Positions 40,466 to 44,261 of a stretch of DNA of 44,261 nucleotides are shown here, one piece after another (position 1 is the first letter of the stretch; the number at the start of each line of letters is the position of its first letter). Under the pieces are notes generated by a model that was not told the origin of the DNA, made no database searches, and worked only from the letters and a program-made list of their open reading frames with translations. Source of the DNA: a virus; the IMG/VR virus record IMGVR_UViG_3300045988_061436, positions 1-44,261 of that record; one strand, written 5' to 3'. A program made the translations under genes and the position numbers.

Positions 40466-43400
40466 TACTTCTTAATTTTACGTGTTAAATTCTTATATTC
40501 TACAATCGTGTTGCCCTCTGCATCGTGGTACATCTTGCGTTCGTTTTGTTCTCTGATACTACGCACATTATCGGTTAACTCTGTAAGGTCGTTGTCGTTC
40601 TGTTTAACGTTAACCTCTAAGCCACCACCCGCAAACGTGCCGGCGTACTTATCTTCAAACGTGCCACGATTAAGCGACTTGATAACATCTGGTATTAAGC
40701 GGCGGTAACGTCTTGAATTGCGCTTGTTGATAACCGCAAAAAATTCGCCACCCTCTGCACGCCTTTTCGTGCCGTCTTTCTTTGTACCTAAGTCTACATC
40801 ATCGCCACTTTGGTGCGAACCACCCTCGAGCAACTCAACTGTACCCTCTCCGTAAGTTTCTTTGTCTTGTGCTTTCGCTGCTTGTGACGCTTTAATCTTT
40901 GCAAAGGCAAACGAACCCCACATAATTGCGATTGCAGGAATTGCCCAAGGGAAACCCAACTGCGACCAAATCATTGACGTTGCGGTTACAAGGTTGCCTA
41001 TCTGCTGCAACGTTTGGATAGCTGCCTGCGCTTTCTGTGCTTTCTGTTGCTCCTTTAACGCCTTTTCTTGGTTACGCTTTGCAAGGTCTAATTCCTTTTG
41101 TGCGTATGTAACGTTTGAAGCGTACCCATTTGCACGTGCTTCACGCTCGCTATCTAACACCTTTTGCGCATTTGCTACACGGTTATCCGCTCTCTTTACC
41201 TCTGCTTCTGCTGCTGCCACTTCTGCCTGCGTCCACGCATTCAAAGCGTCCATAGCATACTGTAAGGAGGTATCAATCGCTTCCTTTTGCCCGTCTGTCA
41301 AGTTCAAGCCTAACAACTGATACAAGTCTTTGCGCTCGTCTTTTTTGCTCTGCCCTATTTCTTGGTCTATCTTCTTAATCGTGTTAAGTATAGTTTGAAC
41401 CTCAATGTCAGACAACTTCGTGCCGGCTTGCTCGTTTAGTTGCAATATCTTTTTTAATCGCTCTTTTTCTGCCTGCAATCTGTAACGGGTCTTTTTCTCC
41501 TCTGTTGTCTGTAATAGTTGAAATTCGCTATCTGCTAAAGCCTGCTGTTGGTCAAATATAGCTAATTGCGCTTTGATATACTCGTCAGCAATACCGCTCT
41601 TTTTTGCGTCATACTTTGCGTTAATATCGCTTTCGCTCTGTCGCTCGTCTTTTGGCTTTGCCGTGTTCTCTCTTAACGCCTGCTTTCGTTCGATTTCGAT
41701 TTGTTCAAGTTTTAGCTGCCTTTCTTGCTCGCTACCTTTGGCAACGGCTTCCAAACGTAATTTAATTGCGTCCGCTTGAATTTTAAGCATATCGTCCTCG
41801 TGTTTGCGCTCCATTTCTTCAAGTACTTGCGCTTTCTTTTGCTGCAAACTTGCAATAGTACTTGTTATGTCGTTGCGCCTTTGAACCTCTGTCGCTTTAA
41901 GCAACTTTAGCGAGTGTGTCAAGTCCTCAACCTGCCTATCATAGTGTACTTGCGTGCGCTTGCGCTGCTTCTCGTACCCCTCTTCCATTAAGTCGATTTT
42001 TGCGTCCTCTGCCTTGCGTCTTGCGTCTAAGTCTGCTTTATAGGCTGCTTCTGCTGCTCGTGCTGCCTTTTCTGCTTCCTTTAACGGGTCTTTTTCTTTC
42101 TTCTTCTTTTGCTTTTTCTCCTTTTTCTTTTTGCCCTCGATAGGTGTATAAGCGGTTGACGCTTTCGGTTGCTCGGTTATCTCCTCCGCATCTGTGTGCG
42201 TTGGTAGAGATATTTCTTTAATGTGTCCACCGCTTGCCGTTTGGTTTATACCCTCGATAAAGGCGTTGCCAATAGCTTTACCGGACGTGAACACGTCTTT
42301 CATAACCTCGTCACCGCCTGCCTTTATTGCCTTACCAAAAGACGTTAACGCATTTTTGAAACCATTTGTAACGCTGTTCTTAATCTCTGTTACGCCTTTC
42401 TTTACCCTTTCAAAGTCAAAAGCGGCTATACCTGCCAACGCTTCGCCAAAGCCTGACAAAGCACCGGTAACAGCTTTGAAACCACCGTGAACGGTACTTA
42501 CAAAAGCGTCTATAACTCGTCCTAAGTTCTTAAAGCCGTCTATTATCAGATTAAAGGCAAGTTTGACAACCTCCCAAAGTATCTTAAATTGCGTTACAAT
42601 GTTAGCAACACCGGCACGAAATACGATTGAATTGTTATAGAGTTTTATAAACCAATTCGCCAAATCTATGCACCCTTTTACAACGGCAATCATCCACTTT
42701 GTAGCCGTCAACTTTAAGTTATCAATAACACCCTCAAAGCCTTTGTCGGTAACGTCAAATAAAGCACTCATCGCATCGTTAAGTTCTGCGGTTGCCTTTA
42801 TCTGTGCCGTTTGTGCTTCGCCCCACTCTCCTGTCTGCTTCTTTACCTCCTCTAAGTTGGTAGACATCGTGTCGAGTTGTTCGATTAGCTTAATACCTGC
42901 GTCCGCTCCATTCTTACCGAAAACGTTTTTAAGCACTAAACCGACTTGTTGGCTATCTGCGCCAAATTCTTTCATTTTAGTGCTTATCTCTTGGATAACG
43001 TCAAATGTGCTACGTGCGCCCGTTGCTAAATCTCTTTGTACGTCCTTAACGTTTACGCCTATACTCAAAAGTGCTTCTTGCGTGTTCGTACCCATTTCAC
43101 GAATACGTTTTGAAGCCATTGTAATAATATCAAGACCTTTGTCGCTAAAGATACCGCTTCGTGTCTGCTGCAAGATAGCCACCATTTGAGACGCTCCAAT
43201 GCCTGCATCATGGAAAACCGGTGCATAACGCTTTATCTTATCCAACATATCGCCGGAAAGGTCTGCACCACTTGCGAAGCCGTCCGCAACGACCTTTGTC
43301 GCCTGCTGTGCGGTTATGCCATAATTAGCCATTAAAGCGTCAACGGTTGACAAAGTGTCTTTGTAGTCGTGTCCCATTACGTCCGCACACGCTTGTATCT

Positions 43401-44261
43401 CATTACGCACGCTTATAAGTTCATCGCCTGCCAAGCCGGTAAACTCTTTGGTTAATCGTGTCGCTTCTGCTAAGCCTGCATTATAATCGTACCACCACTT
43501 AAAAGCCGCCCCGGCTGCTGCTACGCCTGCAATAGCCAAAAACACTGGGTTTGCCATTAACGTCATAAGTGAAGCACCCAACGCTTTCACGCCGTCACCG
43601 ATTGCGCCCAACGCTGCCTTTGCTCCTCCTCCGTTCTGTGCCAAACTGATAAAAGACTGACCGAACTTGTTGTTAAGTCCCAATACCTCGGTAATCTTGC
43701 TTTGGTAGCCGCTTATACCGTCACTAATAGCGTTTAACTGTGCGCTATAATCTCCATAATTACCCACGTTAAGCTGGTGCTTGCCGGTTTCAGCCTGCAA
43801 ACGCTTCATTTCTTCATATATAGCCGCCGTTTGCTTTACAAGTCGCTTTCCCTCCTCTGTCTGCTCCCTCTCTGCCTTTGTCATGTTGTTGAGGTAGATT
43901 TTATTTATTGAGTATTGAGCGGAAAGTTTGTTGTAACTGCCCTCTGCTGATTGCGCTAACTTAACGTTGAGTTTGTTTAACTCGTTGGCTTCTTTGGTTG
44001 CCTGCTTTAACTCTGCTATCTTTTTAGCGGTTTCGCTCTCTGCAAATGCGGTTTCACGGTACGCCCTCGCCAATTTGTCTGCATCGTCTGACGCTTTGCG
44101 TGTTGCCTGCCTGCCCTCCTCGGTTGCACCGCTCACACTCTTTAACACCGTTGTAAGCTGTATCGCTTCGCCTTTGATGTTCTTGAGTGTGTTCATATAT
44201 GTATCAGACAACTCGTCTAACTGCTTTATAAGGTCGGTTATAGAGTTGTCGGGCGAAACTA
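40465..44261 (-). CDS. Tape measure protein (main body; the 5' end wraps to 92..56)
   Basis: About 1277 aa in total. Long coiled coils, a hydrophobic Gly/Ala stretch (LMANPVFLAIAGVAAAGAAF) and a Lys-rich KKKKEKKQKKKKEK. It is the largest gene and lies upstream of the baseplate genes. Confidence 0.85.
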   Translation of the reverse strand, partial: VSPDNSITDLIKQLDELSDTYMNTLKNIKGEAIQLTTVLKSVSGATEEGRQATRKASDDADKLARAYRETAFAESETAKKIAELKQATKEANELNKLNVKLAQSAEGSYNKLSAQYSINKIYLNNMTKAEREQTEEGKRLVKQTAAIYEEMKRLQAETGKHQLNVGNYGDYSAQLNAISDGISGYQSKITEVLGLNNKFGQSFISLAQNGGGAKAALGAIGDGVKALGASLMTLMANPVFLAIAGVAAAGAAFKWWYDYNAGLAEATRLTKEFTGLAGDELISVRNEIQACADVMGHDYKDTLSTVDALMANYGITAQQATKVVADGFASGADLSGDMLDKIKRYAPVFHDAGIGASQMVAILQQTRSGIFSDKGLDIITMASKRIREMGTNTQEALLSIGVNVKDVQRDLATGARSTFDVIQEISTKMKEFGADSQQVGLVLKNVFGKNGADAGIKLIEQLDTMSTNLEEVKKQTGEWGEAQTAQIKATAELNDAMSALFDVTDKGFEGVIDNLKLTATKWMIAVVKGCIDLANWFIKLYNNSIVFRAGVANIVTQFKILWEVVKLAFNLIIDGFKNLGRVIDAFVSTVHGGFKAVTGALSGFGEALAGIAAFDFERVKKGVTEIKNSVTNGFKNALTSFGKAIKAGGDEVMKDVFTSGKAIGNAFIEGINQTASGGHIKEISLPTHTDAEEITEQPKASTAYTPIEGKKKKEKKQKKKKEKDPLKEAEKAARAAEAAYKADLDARRKAEDAKIDLMEEGYEKQRKRTQVHYDRQVEDLTHSLKLLKATEVQRRNDITSTIASLQQKKAQVLEEMERKHEDDMLKIQADAIKLRLEAVAKGSEQERQLKLEQIEIERKQALRENTAKPKDERQSESDINAKYDAKKSGIADEYIKAQLAIFDQQQALADSEFQLLQTTEEKKTRYRLQAEKERLKKILQLNEQAGTKLSDIEVQTILNTIKKIDQEIGQSKKDERKDLYQLLGLNLTDGQKEAIDTSLQYAMDALNAWTQAEVAAAEAEVKRADNRVANAQKVLDSEREARANGYASNVTYAQKELDLAKRNQEKALKEQQKAQKAQAAIQTLQQIGNLVTATSMIWSQLGFPWAIPAIAIMWGSFAFAKIKASQAAKAQDKETYGEGTVELLEGGSHQSGDDVDLGTKKDGTKRRAEGGEFFAVINKRNSRRYRRLIPDVIKSLNRGTFEDKYAGTFAGGGLEVNVKQNDNDLTELTDNVRSIREQNERKMYHDAEGNTIVEYKNLTRKIKK
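44207..44261. repeat. Right copy of the 55-bp terminal duplication
   Basis: Identical to 1..55. Confidence 0.95.

Overview
This window is a complete, circularly closed genome of a tailed dsDNA phage. Positions 1..55 are identical to 44207..44261, which looks like an assembly overlap, so the unique length is 44,206 bp. All of the roughly 66 protein genes I can support lie on the minus strand. The plus-strand ORFs in the track look like antisense artefacts. The host is probably a Bacteroidota member; this is an inference from several canonical TTTG-N19-TAnnTTTG promoters, the absence of obvious Shine-Dalgarno sequences and a BspA-type LRR tail protein. In transcription order (high to low coordinates) the modules are: tape measure (its 5' end wraps the contig junction), tail/baseplate/fibre genes and a lysis cassette (44261..32285); an early region of small genes behind three near-identical promoters (31949..28183); a recombination/replication/DNA-modification block (28170..13060) holding a PD-(D/E)XK nuclease, a wHTH initiator-like protein, a C5-MTase, a RuvC-like resolvase, an SMC-like ATPase, a DnaQ-like exonuclease, an HNH protein, SSB and an ASCH protein; a ParB-domain/N6-MTase fusion with terS and terL (12862..9084); and head and proximal tail genes (8852..187). 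I found no integrase, DNA polymerase, helicase, primase, tRNA, CRISPR array or reverse transcriptase. The leads I consider most worth following are listed here. (1) The C5-methyltransferase is split by a G7 homopolymer inside catalytic motif I. (2) The early promoter carries a structured leader, present in 3 to 4 copies, with compensatory stem changes. (3) A bipartite element of about 73 bp recurs at four module boundaries, plus a shortened copy. (4) A promoter, hairpin and U-tract unit (small RNA or attenuator) sits upstream of the initiator-like gene, and lambda-ori-like iterons lie inside that gene. (5) An A10 tract lies in the gene just upstream of the tape measure. (6) Two of the three early operons open with strongly acidic small proteins. 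(7) Several sub-60-aa ORFs are missing from the ORF track. All functional calls come from motifs read by eye; no database search was possible.
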